Positions 17,775 to 27,607 of a stretch of DNA of 64,000 nt are shown piece by piece. How positions within the stretch are numbered: the first letter of the stretch is position 1; every line of letters starts with the position of its first letter. The translations under genes and the position numbers were made by a program. The stretch comes from Thermodesulfobacteriota bacterium (lineage in GTDB: Bacteria > Desulfobacterota_D > UBA1144 > Nemesobacterales > Nemesobacteraceae), in the NCBI GenBank assembly GCA_965202785.1, contig OZ241855.1, positions 800,001 through 864,000 on the forward strand. Direction: 5' to 3'. The notes below the pieces were generated by a model. It worked only from the letters and a program-made list of their open reading frames with translations. It had not been told where the DNA came from and did no database searches.

Positions 17775-19391
17775 ATGAAAAGATCGAAAGAATTTCTTCC
17801 GATTCTCTGCATTCTTCTTTTCATTTCCTGCGGTTCTGGGAACAAAGCCCCAGACGCCGTGGATATTTCCCGCAAGGACACGCTTAACATAAATATCGGC
17901 ACCGAACCTCCCACGCTTGACTGGTCTCTCGCTACAGATGTCACATCTTTTACAATCATAGAGAACATAATGGACGGTCTCGCGGCGTTTGATGAAAAAT
18001 ACGAGCCCGTACCCGCTCTCGCGAGAAGCTGGGGGGTAAGTGAGGATGGAAGGACTTATACCTTTAAAATAAGGGAAAAAGTCCTCTGGACAGACGGGGT
18101 GCCGCTTCGAGCCCGGGATTTCCTTTATTCATGGAAAAGGATCCTTAAACCCGAAACTGCCGGAAGCTATGCCTACTTTCTCTTTGACATAAAAAACGCT
18201 AGGAAGTTTAACTCGGGGGAAATAAAGGATTTTGCCAAAGTCGGGGTAAAAGCTCCGGATGAACATACTCTTATTGTTACTCTTGAAAAGCCGAGAGCCT
18301 ATTTTCTGAGCCTAGTCACTTTCATGTCCACTTTTCCGATGAGAAAGGATATTGTTGAGAAATATGGAACCAGATGGACTGAGGCTGAGAACATGGTAAC
18401 TCTGGGACCTTACAGATTAAAAGAATGGAAGCATCATAAGGAAGTTCTTATCGAGGAATATGAAGGCTACTGGGGGGATAAACCCAAAAGCGCTAAGAAG
18501 GTAAAGATGATAATGAACGAGAATCCCGTATCCACCCTCGCCCTTTATGAAAGCGGAGAGCTCGATTTTCTTGACAGCAAGGGAATTCCCCTGCTTGAGG
18601 TTCCAAGGGTTATGAAGCTTCCGGATTTTAAGCAGAGCGTGGTTTTCAGAAACAACTACATAGGGTTTAACACAAAAAAAGCTCCGTTTGACAATCCTCT
18701 GGTGAGAAAGGCTTTTGCAAGTTCGATAGACAGGGAAAGCCTCGCGGGACTTCTCCAAGGGGCGGGAGTGCCTGTAACTTCATGGATACCGATCGACATG
18801 CTTGCCCACAATCCCCGGATCGGTATTTCGTTTGATGCACACAAGGCAAGGAAACTCCTTGAGATGGCTGGCTATCCGGGCGGAGAGAATTTTCCGAAGA
18901 CTGCTTTCCTTTATCCGGATACCGGGAACAACAGAATTGTAGCCGAGGCGTTCCAGAGCATGTGGAAGGAGCATCTCGGCATCGAGGTGAAGCTTGTGAA
19001 CCAGGAATGGACTGTCTATCTAAGCACGCTTAGAACGAATCCTCCGCCCGTATTCAGAGCCGGATGGCAGGCGGATTTCCCTGACCCTCACAATTTCATG
19101 AACCTCTTTGAGTGTGAGAGCGGGAATAACCGTACTAGGTGGTGCGATCCAAAGTACGATCGATTAGTGGAGAAGGCAGCTGGGATTCTGGATCGCGGGC
19201 AAAGAACGGACCTTTACAACAGCGCCCAGAGAATTCTTACGGAAACCGGCGTCCCGATAGTTCCTTATCTTAACTCGGTTCAGCAGAACATGATCAAGCC
19301 GTACGTAAAGGGGCTTGAACCTGACCGCCTGAATTTCCTTTATTTTAGCAGAGTCGAGTTTGTGGACCATTCCACATCCGGCAAGCGCTGA
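17775..19391 (+). CDS. oppA: oligopeptide ABC substrate-binding lipoprotein (OppA family)
   Basis: Lipobox FISC; EPPTLD, PALARSWGVSEDGRTYTF, RAGWQADFPDP. Confidence 0.88.
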   Translation: MKRSKEFLPILCILLFISCGSGNKAPDAVDISRKDTLNINIGTEPPTLDWSLATDVTSFTIIENIMDGLAAFDEKYEPVPALARSWGVSEDGRTYTFKIREKVLWTDGVPLRARDFLYSWKRILKPETAGSYAYFLFDIKNARKFNSGEIKDFAKVGVKAPDEHTLIVTLEKPRAYFLSLVTFMSTFPMRKDIVEKYGTRWTEAENMVTLGPYRLKEWKHHKEVLIEEYEGYWGDKPKSAKKVKMIMNENPVSTLALYESGELDFLDSKGIPLLEVPRVMKLPDFKQSVVFRNNYIGFNTKKAPFDNPLVRKAFASSIDRESLAGLLQGAGVPVTSWIPIDMLAHNPRIGISFDAHKARKLLEMAGYPGGENFPKTAFLYPDTGNNRIVAEAFQSMWKEHLGIEVKLVNQEWTVYLSTLRTNPPPVFRAGWQADFPDPHNFMNLFECESGNNRTRWCDPKYDRLVEKAAGILDRGQRTDLYNSAQRILTETGVPIVPYLNSVQQNMIKPYVKGLEPDRLNFLYFSRVEFVDHSTSGKR

Positions 19392-19424
19392 GGACTTGGA
19401 GTTCGGTGAGAACACCTCTGCGGG

Positions 19425-19979
19425 TTAAACGATAACACCTATCTTGGAGGTCACCTTTTTCGTGTTTCTTGCGACCAGTCTTGCTATCATTAGCCCTGCC
19501 AAAAACCAGGCGATAAGACTGTCAATGACGATGACTGCTACGTAGGGAGTCGGAAAACCAAACCAGTTCCAGTAAGGAAAATGGCTTATAAAACCTATAG
19601 CCGCTCCTAGCAAGGCGACAAACCCTACCCGCCCCCAGTAACTCAGGCCAGCTGTCTTGGAGAGCAGATAGATAACGATCAGAACGCTTACGAGGTCACC
19701 AGCGAACTGGATCAGAAGCTGCCTTGTCATGACGGGGGCGTAGCCCTGAGGTAGGGCGTTTACGAAAGCGGCAGTTTCCCCTGCCTTGTGATCTTTATGC
19801 GAGAATGGCAGGTAGTAAATGCCCGGTTTCGGGGCATTTGCCTCTATGGTTTCGGCAACTTCGGATTCGTTGGTAAATTCATTAGCTACCATCTGGTGCC
19901 ATGGAAGAACCATCCATGACACAGCCCCCCAGACTAAAAGAATTATTGCAGAAACTATAACAGCGGCCGTTTTCTTCAT
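19425..19979 (-). CDS. hypothetical membrane protein
   Basis: About four hydrophobic segments; WMVLPWH and YWNWFGFP motifs. Confidence 0.75.
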   Translation of the reverse strand: MKKTAAVIVSAIILLVWGAVSWMVLPWHQMVANEFTNESEVAETIEANAPKPGIYYLPFSHKDHKAGETAAFVNALPQGYAPVMTRQLLIQFAGDLVSVLIVIYLLSKTAGLSYWGRVGFVALLGAAIGFISHFPYWNWFGFPTPYVAVIVIDSLIAWFLAGLMIARLVARNTKKVTSKIGVIV

Positions 19980-20257
19980 AAGCGCCTTCCCTGCAGGGTT
20001 TTTGAGCCCGGCGATCCCACCAACCGCACATTTTCTATACTAACTAAGAGCTTTGACGATTGTCAATAAGTTGAGAAAGATCAGGAAGTTGGCAACTGTT
20101 CCTTCTTAACGCGTTTAATCCGTTATTGTAGCTATAGCATGAGAACGAGATTCAAACACCTCGTTTTTAATGTGATTTTAGGGTGATATAAAGCGATAAG
20201 TCCTAATAGACGCAGAAATGCTGTTTGCGGAAACTCATTGAAGCATCTCTTAAGAGC

Positions 20258-21313
20258 TTATTTGAAGTAAGGAATTATCTCTTTTGAGTAAGTTTCAAGC
20301 GCCAAGTCCGGATCGGGACTGAACCTGTAGAACAACACGAAATTCCTTACTCCCGCATCTATGAACTTCTCGATTTTCTCTATGCAGTCTTTTTTCGATC
20401 CCGTAATAGTGAAATCAAGTATTGCTTCTCTCGGGAAAAGCTGCCCGAGTTGCCTGAACCTCTGCCTTCCCTCTTCATCCGTCGGCACTATGTTGAAGTA
20501 GTTAAGACCGTGATATTCTTCGGGTATCTCGACGTCGTAGCCGGCTTTCAGCAGCTGGTCCTGCATAACCAGCACGTATTTGAAGGGTTCGAGAGTCTGG
20601 TAGGCGGCGTCAACGCTTTCTCCAAGAGATGTGAATACCCACAGGGCTGGGTCAAAATCGTCGTCAAGTGATCTCCCCACATTATCCGCCGCCGCCTTTA
20701 TCTCACCGAAGTAACTGGAATAGAGATCGGGATTCAGGTCTATCGGCAGCCATCCGTCACCTTTTTCTCCCGTCAACTGAAGCCCCTTGGGCGTGTGGGT
20801 AGCCATGTAAAAGGGTATTTTGTTTCTCTCGTAGGGTTTTATCTGCAAAAACGCATTCTCAAGGTTGTAGAACTTTCCGTCAAAATCTACGGGTTCGTCG
20901 GTTTCCCAAAGAAGTTCCATGACTTCTATGGACTCTCTGAGTTTCGAAAGGGGCTTTCCCCACTCGATTCCGAACGCGTCAAGATTCATCGATTCTCCGA
21001 CTCCTAGGGAGAGCACTACCCTGCCCTTTGAAAGCTGATCAACGGTTGCGAGTCTCTGGGCGAAAACAGCGGGATGCATTCTGTGAGGATCAGAAACTGT
21101 TCCCAAAGCTATGTTTTCCGTTCTCATTGCCGCAGCCGCAGCCACGGTCCATGCCTCGGGGGCAATTGCTCCCGGCGCCACGAAAAGCAGATGGTCGGGG
21201 TACCATATGGTGTCGAATCCAAGCTGATCAGCTTTTATCGAGAAATTTACGAGTCCGTCAACGTCAGCTCCTGGCATCGGAGCCGAAAGCCCAAATTTTA
21301 TTTCTTTTCCCAT
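20258..21313 (-). CDS. LLM class flavin-dependent oxidoreductase
   Basis: GFDTIWYPDH, LATVDQLSKGRVVLSLGVG, GDGWLP. Confidence 0.9.
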   Translation of the reverse strand: MGKEIKFGLSAPMPGADVDGLVNFSIKADQLGFDTIWYPDHLLFVAPGAIAPEAWTVAAAAAMRTENIALGTVSDPHRMHPAVFAQRLATVDQLSKGRVVLSLGVGESMNLDAFGIEWGKPLSKLRESIEVMELLWETDEPVDFDGKFYNLENAFLQIKPYERNKIPFYMATHTPKGLQLTGEKGDGWLPIDLNPDLYSSYFGEIKAAADNVGRSLDDDFDPALWVFTSLGESVDAAYQTLEPFKYVLVMQDQLLKAGYDVEIPEEYHGLNYFNIVPTDEEGRQRFRQLGQLFPREAILDFTITGSKKDCIEKIEKFIDAGVRNFVLFYRFSPDPDLALETYSKEIIPYFK

Positions 21314-21422
21314 TGTGTAGCACCTCGATTGTAGTTTTGGAAGTAGATAGCGATCACGGTAGAATTATGGTTAATTTGCGGTTTAAACGCAAATAATCCA
21401 GCAAATATCCCGGAGGTGTGAA

Positions 21423-22448
21423 ATGAAATTCGGAGTCGGACTCTTCAGCATGCAGACCCACAAGGATCTTGATTACCGCCATGTGGATCTTTACAGAAAT
21501 TCCCTGGAGCACGTGAGACTTGCCGAAGCGGTGAATTTCGATTCGGTCTGGCTTTCCGAACATCATTTTCTTGAGGATGGTTACTGTTCTTCACCTCTTG
21601 GGATGGCCGCCGCGATGGCCGCTGTGACTGAGAGAGTGAGAATAGGTACCGGGGCCTTCATACTCACGCTTCATAACCCCGTGAGGGTGGCCGAAGACGC
21701 TGCTACGGTCGATCTCATTTCCGGGGGAAGATTCGATCTGGGAGTTGCGATAGGATACAGGAAAGAAGAATTCGAAGGGTTCGGAGTCCCGGTGTCGCAA
21801 AGACCCTCGAGGATTGAAGAAGGCATAGAGATAATCGAGAAATGCTGGGAGGACGGCCCCTTCTCCTATGAAGGCAAGAGGTTCAGCTTCTCGAACATAG
21901 ATGTTACTCCCAAGCCCGTACAGAGACCTATACCCATATACATAGGGGCTTTCGAGGAACCCGCCGTGCGGCGGGCCGGGCGCCTCGGGTATCCGCTTCT
22001 TATCGGCCCCGGCAGGACGGTTCCAATGATAATAGATACTCTAGGGTGGTATAACGATGGGGCCGAGAAGGCCGGTCGCAATCCGTCCGAAGTGCAGCAT
22101 ATACTGCTTCGGGAGACTTACGTGCGTGAAAGCATGGAAGAGGCCATTGCGGGCGGAACCGAGTACGTAATAAATATGTACAGGTTTTACCTGAGCCTTG
22201 GGGTCAAGATAGTGATAAGGGGAAAAAATATAACCGACCCTGACGACCCATTCTTCGAATACATGGCGGAAGACCGCTTTATGATCGGCACCCCTGAGCA
22301 TTGTGCTCAGGAGGTAAAAAAATACGCGGAGAAAACGGGAATCCGCAACATAATGTGCAGGATGGTGTTTCCCCAGGCTCCCGCCGAGGTCATAGCGCAT
22401 TCGATTGAGCTTTTTGGAAAAGAGGTTATTCCCGAATTTAAACCTTAA
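21423..22448 (+). CDS. LLM class flavin-dependent oxidoreductase
   Basis: FDSVWLSEHH, PVRVAEDAATVDLISGGRFDLGVAIGY, PKPVQ. Confidence 0.92.
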   Translation: MKFGVGLFSMQTHKDLDYRHVDLYRNSLEHVRLAEAVNFDSVWLSEHHFLEDGYCSSPLGMAAAMAAVTERVRIGTGAFILTLHNPVRVAEDAATVDLISGGRFDLGVAIGYRKEEFEGFGVPVSQRPSRIEEGIEIIEKCWEDGPFSYEGKRFSFSNIDVTPKPVQRPIPIYIGAFEEPAVRRAGRLGYPLLIGPGRTVPMIIDTLGWYNDGAEKAGRNPSEVQHILLRETYVRESMEEAIAGGTEYVINMYRFYLSLGVKIVIRGKNITDPDDPFFEYMAEDRFMIGTPEHCAQEVKKYAEKTGIRNIMCRMVFPQAPAEVIAHSIELFGKEVIPEFKP

Positions 22449-22614
22449 TCCGTAAAGACCTAAAAAGACGGTGGATGCGGACGTATCCGGGAAGCTGCCT
22501 TGTGGACTTTGCGTCCTGAACGGTTTCTTGGCAATATCAACTCAAGCCACCACCCTGGCCGTTGAGATCAGCCTCGATTTTTCTCCGCAAAGACAGCTTC
22601 CCGAACCCGCTTTA

Positions 22615-24549
22615 CTACCGGACTACTGAAACTCCGGAAATCATGCTGAACCCCGGGGATGAAAAGCCAAAAACATTTTCATAATCCTTGTTAAACAGGT
22701 TATTGATTCTTGAAAACAACCTGATTTTGTCGACAAACCTTTTCATGTTGATTTCATAGGAAGCCGCAGCGTCAACGATGAAAAAAGAATCGTTTTTGAC
22801 TCTGGTGGAGGGAAACTCGCTCCAGTTCACATCATCCCTGGTGCCGACATAGTTTCCCGAAAGGTCGAGATTAAAGGCATTTTTTGAGTATCCCGCGTTA
22901 AAAGAAAACGAATGCTCGGGGATCCGTATGAGCTTTTCTCCCTCGGAGAAGGACGGGGACCCGAGGTCGCCGTCATCGGTTACGTCGGTTTTAAGGTATG
23001 TGTAAGCTGCGCTTAGAGTTAAGCTATTGCTTGGGTAGAAATGTATCGCGGCTTCGGTTCCCTCTGACTTTGCGTGGCTTATGTTTTCGTAGTTGGTTCC
23101 ATTCTCAAATGGAGTGAAGCTGTAAGCGATAATGTTTTTGAACCTGTTTTGGAAAAAGCTCAAATCAAGTTCAACGGCGTTATCAAGCAGCGGTTGCCTG
23201 AGGCCTATTTCCGCTGTCAGTGTTTCTTCAGGCTTTAGATCCGGGTTGGGTATTGTTCCGAAGGCCGCACTGAAGTTTTCGTAAAAATTGGCTTCCTTGA
23301 TTCCTCTGCTGATTCCTCCTCTTATCTCGGTTCCGGATTCCCTAATTTTCCACCTAGCGAAGACACTTGGACTCCACTCGCTCCCGAACGACTCGTTGTC
23401 GTCATACCTTATGCCGGTTGTTACGAAGAATCTCTTTAGCAGCGCGAAGTTGTTCTGAGCGTAGAAGGCGTAGTTTTTTCTTGATTCGTTCAGTGAGTCC
23501 GTCTTGAAACTTTCTTTCTCGTACTCAAAACCCGTCGAGATTATGCTCGAGGCCTGATCGAAGTCGACAAAAAAACTTGACCCGAATTCAAGCACTATCC
23601 TTTTGTCGAGGGTCTCCGAAGGGAAGGGCGAATCTAATTCAAGGGGCCGGGGTCCGTCATAATTTTCCCGATCAAGTCTCGTGTAGCCGAGCTTAAATGA
23701 GTTTTCCCACCACTGCGTCGGGGAAAAAATGATGTCGGAACCCATGACGAGCGATTCTTCCTTGGTTCCTTGGTCCGGGTCAGCGAACGCGTCAAATCTG
23801 TCCCCCGCGCCTCCGGTCGGGAATTCAAACTTCGAATCTCTATATATGGAGAAAAAGGAGAGATTTAAATCATCGTTTGCTTCCAAGCTCAGGTTCGCCG
23901 TGAAGTTGTTATTTTTGTAATCGTTGTTTATTTCTAAGATACCTTCATCGATGATTCTCTGATGGGAAATAAAGTAGCCCAGTTTCTTGAGACTCCCCGA
24001 TATGCTTGAGGAATGCTCAAAGATCATCGCGTCTTCGGCGCGGAATCCCAAGGCCACGGAGCTTGCTTTTTTCATTTTTCCGCTTCCGTGCTTCGTTATT
24101 ATGTTTATAACGGAAGACGCCGCGTCGGAACCGTAAAGAGACGAGTGCGCTCCCTTTATTATCTCTATTCTCTCCACGTTCTCAGTAGTAAGAGAGGAAA
24201 TGTCAAATCCCCCGCCGGCTTGGTTTATCTGGACACCGTTGATCATAACGAGGTTGTAATCCGACTGGCCGCCCCTTGCGAAAATGGAAGTAAATCCTCC
24301 CCGGCTTCCCGAACTGACTACGTTGAATCCAGGGACTCTGGAAAGTATGGCCGCAATGTCCTTTTCCCCGCTTCTTTCAATTTCCTCTTTGTCGATAACG
24401 GTAACGGAAGAACCGAGAAGCTCGGCGTCAATCCAGGTTTTTGTTCCCGTGACTACAATCTTTTCCACTTCGTTCTCTTCTGGAAAGCCCGCGGACGGAA
24501 ACAGAACCAGGATCGAAATAAAGACAAAAAATATCTTAAGTCTGTTCAT
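22615..24549 (-). CDS. btuB: TonB-dependent receptor, probably a vitamin B12 transporter
   Basis: TonB box EKIVVTG; plug VERIEIIKGAHSSLYGSDA; NPDLKPE; INNLFNKDY; preceded by a cobalamin riboswitch. Confidence 0.85.
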   Translation of the reverse strand: MNRLKIFFVFISILVLFPSAGFPEENEVEKIVVTGTKTWIDAELLGSSVTVIDKEEIERSGEKDIAAILSRVPGFNVVSSGSRGGFTSIFARGGQSDYNLVMINGVQINQAGGGFDISSLTTENVERIEIIKGAHSSLYGSDAASSVINIITKHGSGKMKKASSVALGFRAEDAMIFEHSSSISGSLKKLGYFISHQRIIDEGILEINNDYKNNNFTANLSLEANDDLNLSFFSIYRDSKFEFPTGGAGDRFDAFADPDQGTKEESLVMGSDIIFSPTQWWENSFKLGYTRLDRENYDGPRPLELDSPFPSETLDKRIVLEFGSSFFVDFDQASSIISTGFEYEKESFKTDSLNESRKNYAFYAQNNFALLKRFFVTTGIRYDDNESFGSEWSPSVFARWKIRESGTEIRGGISRGIKEANFYENFSAAFGTIPNPDLKPEETLTAEIGLRQPLLDNAVELDLSFFQNRFKNIIAYSFTPFENGTNYENISHAKSEGTEAAIHFYPSNSLTLSAAYTYLKTDVTDDGDLGSPSFSEGEKLIRIPEHSFSFNAGYSKNAFNLDLSGNYVGTRDDVNWSEFPSTRVKNDSFFIVDAAASYEINMKRFVDKIRLFSRINNLFNKDYENVFGFSSPGFSMISGVSVVR

Positions 24550-24711
24550 TTTTCACTCCTCCAAGTGCTGGCAGACAGCTTTCCCTGGAAGAGCAGTTAT
24601 ATGAATGAACGTGTGAGGCAGGAAACAAAAACCGTGCGGCAGCACGAAAAATAAAAAATGTATTGTTAATCGCCATACGCCTAACTCCCGAGGCAAAGCC
24701 ACTAGATTGAC

Positions 24712-24900
24712 GCAGGCAGGTCTTCCGACTTAAAGGGCCGCCTGTTGTAAAAACAGAGCGACTTTTCCAGATGCGGCCTTCCCGGCTGTATTGAAGCCAG
24801 TGACCCGAAGCGCAGGTACGCCTCGCATGGGCTGGAAAAAACCCTTATTACGGCTGCGGGAACAGTTCGGGATTTTCACCCGATTCCCTTAACCTGAATC
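24712..24900 (-). promoter_or_regulatory. cobalamin (AdoCbl) riboswitch
   Basis: Minus strand reads AGGTTAAGGGAATCGGGTGAAAATCCCGAACTGTTCCCGCAGCCGT...CACTGG...GGGAAGG...AGTCGGAAGACCTGCC, carrying the conserved cobalamin-riboswitch blocks including the B12 box. Confidence 0.9.
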
Positions 24901-24982
24901 TGAAGATAAAGATACAGGTTGACGGTGGAGGTGTCAAAAGCTTCCAGTCGGCGGGAAGGCGTAATCAGGAATCGCCTTGCGC

Positions 24983-25243
24983 TTAGGAAGCAAGCATGCG
25001 GTCGAGTTCCCCTGAGCGCTCAAGTGCCGCAAGCTCGTCGTAGCCGCCTATGAACTGCTCGTTTACGAAGATCATGGGCACCGTTCTCCAGTTGAGGCTC
25101 TCGACAAGTTCTTCTCTTTTTTCCGGATCCTCATCAAGCCTTATCTCTTCGTAATCCACTTGTTTTCTGTCAAGGAGTCTTTTTGCCCTTCTGCAGTAAG
25201 TGCAGTAAAAACTTGTGTATATCGTTACGGAACTCAATATCAC
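24983..25243 (-). CDS. grxC: glutaredoxin 3 family
   Basis: CTYC active site, TVPMIF, IGGYDEL. Confidence 0.88.
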   Translation of the reverse strand: MILSSVTIYTSFYCTYCRRAKRLLDRKQVDYEEIRLDEDPEKREELVESLNWRTVPMIFVNEQFIGGYDELAALERSGELDRMLAS

Positions 25244-25344
25244 ACCTCGGTTTGTTTTTGGGTCCTATGATGCTTGGTTTTTAGTATATATTCAAGTACG
25301 TTAAGCACTTACGTGTCCTTACTGGGCGATGGAGTTTTTGCACT

Positions 25345-25896
25345 ATGCGGAAAAAGGTCTTTTTTTTCATAGGGCTTTCGCTGATTTTCCTTATGAATTC
25401 ATGCTCTGCCACGAAGTTTCTGGTGAACTATGCCTCGGGTGATGACAAGAAACCCGGAAAAATGAAGGGCTGGGTATACACCACGGAGCTAAGCAGTTAC
25501 CGTGTCGCACCCCTTTCGCAGGACTGGGAGAGAGTACCGATAGAAGGTGGGGATATAGCTTTTTACAACCCGGCGAACGATCTCGTTTTAACGGTAAGTT
25601 CTCTCTGCTCGGACCGGGATTACGATCTTCAGACGCTTTCGGATTCCCTAGTTGTGGGCTTGAGCAAGAAGCGGATTAAACTGCGAAAGGATATCGAGGT
25701 CGGTGGTGCCGCGGGGCTTTACGCTGAGTACGAGGCGTCGCTTAGTGGTGAGAATTTCGCTCTTGCGACGGTAGTACATAAATCTAGCAAATGCGATTAT
25801 GACTTCAGTTATTCCGCGGGCCCGGCCGACTTCAAGGCGAATCTTGGGGAATTCATTGATTTCGTTTCAGGTTTCGAGGAGATCTGGGCTAAATGA
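25345..25896 (+). CDS. hypothetical lipoprotein
   Basis: Lipobox-like MNSC; overlaps the mlaE start by 4 nt. Confidence 0.7.
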   Translation: MRKKVFFFIGLSLIFLMNSCSATKFLVNYASGDDKKPGKMKGWVYTTELSSYRVAPLSQDWERVPIEGGDIAFYNPANDLVLTVSSLCSDRDYDLQTLSDSLVVGLSKKRIKLRKDIEVGGAAGLYAEYEASLSGENFALATVVHKSSKCDYDFSYSAGPADFKANLGEFIDFVSGFEEIWAK

Positions 25897-26681
25897 GTAG
25901 GTTTGCATCCGAAGTTGTCAACAGTCTCCTCAACTTTGTTCTCGGCGTTGGAGAGGTCTGCTTTTTCTTATGGAATTCAATCGTAGCCACTGTTACTCCT
26001 CCCTATGATTACGGTCTTCTGACGGCTCAGATATACGATATAGGCTATCGTTCTGTGTCGATAGTCGTGGTTTCCGCCATGGCGATCGGAATGGTGATGG
26101 TGGTACAGATGGCGTGGGGATTCGCGTGGTTCGGGGCGAAGGGACTTGTGGGTCCCGTGGTTACTCTCTCGTTCGTGAGGGAGCTCGGTCCCATAATAAC
26201 CTCTCTTCTTGTGGGTGGCAGGGTCGGTTCCGGCATTACAGCTGAGATAAGCTCGATGAAGGTAACAGAGCAGATAGACGCCATAAAGACCCTTGGAGCC
26301 GATCCGATCAGAAAACTTGTCTCTCCAAGACTCATGGCGTGCATCATATCTTTTCCATTGCTTGCAGTAATATCTAACCTCGCGGGCATAGGAGGGGCGA
26401 TGATTATCTCGCAGATGGAACTTAACGTGAAACCCACTCTTTTCATCGAAAGCATAAGAGGCTGGGTTTCTCTTGAAGACCTGATGACCGGCATTTCCAA
26501 GACGCTGTTTTTCGGAATCATAGTGGCGATTACCGGCTGCTATGTGGGAATGAAGGCCGAGGGGGGAACACGCGGGGTCGGAAACGCCACCACTAAAACT
26601 GTTGTGATCTCGCTTTTTCTGATAATACTTTTCGACTTCATTCTCTCGAAAATCTTCGTTATTGCTTTTTATGACTTTTAA
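25893..26681 (+). CDS. mlaE: MlaE-family ABC permease
   Basis: VRELGPI, GRVGSGITAEISSMKVTEQIDA, GGTRGVGNATT. Confidence 0.92.
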   Translation: MSRFASEVVNSLLNFVLGVGEVCFFLWNSIVATVTPPYDYGLLTAQIYDIGYRSVSIVVVSAMAIGMVMVVQMAWGFAWFGAKGLVGPVVTLSFVRELGPIITSLLVGGRVGSGITAEISSMKVTEQIDAIKTLGADPIRKLVSPRLMACIISFPLLAVISNLAGIGGAMIISQMELNVKPTLFIESIRGWVSLEDLMTGISKTLFFGIIVAITGCYVGMKAEGGTRGVGNATTKTVVISLFLIILFDFILSKIFVIAFYDF

Positions 26682-26708
26682 TCTTTTCCCCGGCCCGCTT
26701 AAATTTCT

Positions 26709-26736
26709 TTGACTTTGAGGTTACATTCGGTAGAAT
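26709..26736 (+). promoter_or_regulatory. sigma70-like promoter of rplM-rpsI
   Basis: TTGACT, 16 bp, TAGAAT. Confidence 0.55.
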
Positions 26737-26769
26737 CGATACCCTTAATTTATCCGAAGAGAGAATACT

Positions 26770-27198
26770 ATGAAGTCATACATGGCCAGAAACGACGATT
26801 TTGAAAAGAAGTGGTACCTGATTGACGCTCAGGGAAAACCCGTCGGAAGGCTTGCGACCAAAGTGGTCTCGATTCTTAGGGGCAAGGACAAGCCGCAGTT
26901 TGCTCCTCATTCGGATATCGGAGATTTTGTCGTTATAGTCAACGCCGAGAAAGCCACGTTCTCCGGCAGGAAATGGGAGCAGAAAACCTACTACAGCCAT
27001 TCCCACTATCCCGGGGGACTTAAATCCGTTACTGCGCAAGAGCTGGCCGAGAAAAAGCCGGGCGAGATAATCCGCAAGGCCGTCTGGGGGATGCTTCCCA
27101 AAAACAGGTGGCAGAAGAAACTCATACAGCGGATGAAAATCTATGTCGGAGACAAGCATCCGCACATGGCCCAAAATCCCGAGGTTCTGGAGGTCTGA
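26770..27198 (+). CDS. rplM: 50S ribosomal protein L13
   Basis: WYLIDA, GRLAT, GDFVVIVNA, HSHYPGG, GMLPKN. Confidence 0.97.
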   Translation: MKSYMARNDDFEKKWYLIDAQGKPVGRLATKVVSILRGKDKPQFAPHSDIGDFVVIVNAEKATFSGRKWEQKTYYSHSHYPGGLKSVTAQELAEKKPGEIIRKAVWGMLPKNRWQKKLIQRMKIYVGDKHPHMAQNPEVLEV

Positions 27199-27204
27199 TT
27201 CATT

Positions 27205-27600
27205 ATGCCTGAAACCGTTATTTACAATGGCACGGGGAGAAGAAAAACGTCAATAGCAAGAGTCTGGCTTAGGAGAGGTAGCGGTTCCATTACCGTGAAC
27301 AAGAAATCCGTGGAAGAGTACTTTCCCAGAGAGGCATGGCAGATAAAGGCCCGCGAACCACTTAGCGTCACCGATACTTCCATGGAGTATGATGTGATGG
27401 TCAGGGTGAAAGGAGGAGGACTTACCGGCCAGGCGGGAGCCATGAGCCACGGACTTGCCAGAGCCCTTCTCAAGGCCAACGAGTCGCTTCGCAAGAAACT
27501 CAAGGTTTCTGGACTGCTGAAACGCGATCCCAGGATGGTTGAGAGCAAAAAGTATGGGAAGCGCAAGGCAAGAAGGGGACAGCAGTTCTCCAAAAGGTAA
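27205..27600 (+). CDS. rpsI: 30S ribosomal protein S9
   Basis: GTGRRKTSIARV, VKGGGLTGQAGA, C-terminal QFSKR. Confidence 0.97.
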   Translation: MPETVIYNGTGRRKTSIARVWLRRGSGSITVNKKSVEEYFPREAWQIKAREPLSVTDTSMEYDVMVRVKGGGLTGQAGAMSHGLARALLKANESLRKKLKVSGLLKRDPRMVESKKYGKRKARRGQQFSKR

Positions 27601-27607
27601 TTTATAC

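Noticed and set aside
20053-20066. TTGAC-N4-GTCAA palindrome resembling an FNR/CRP-family site
   Set aside because: One half coincides with the likely -35 (TTGACA) of the adjacent gene; a single short instance is insufficient
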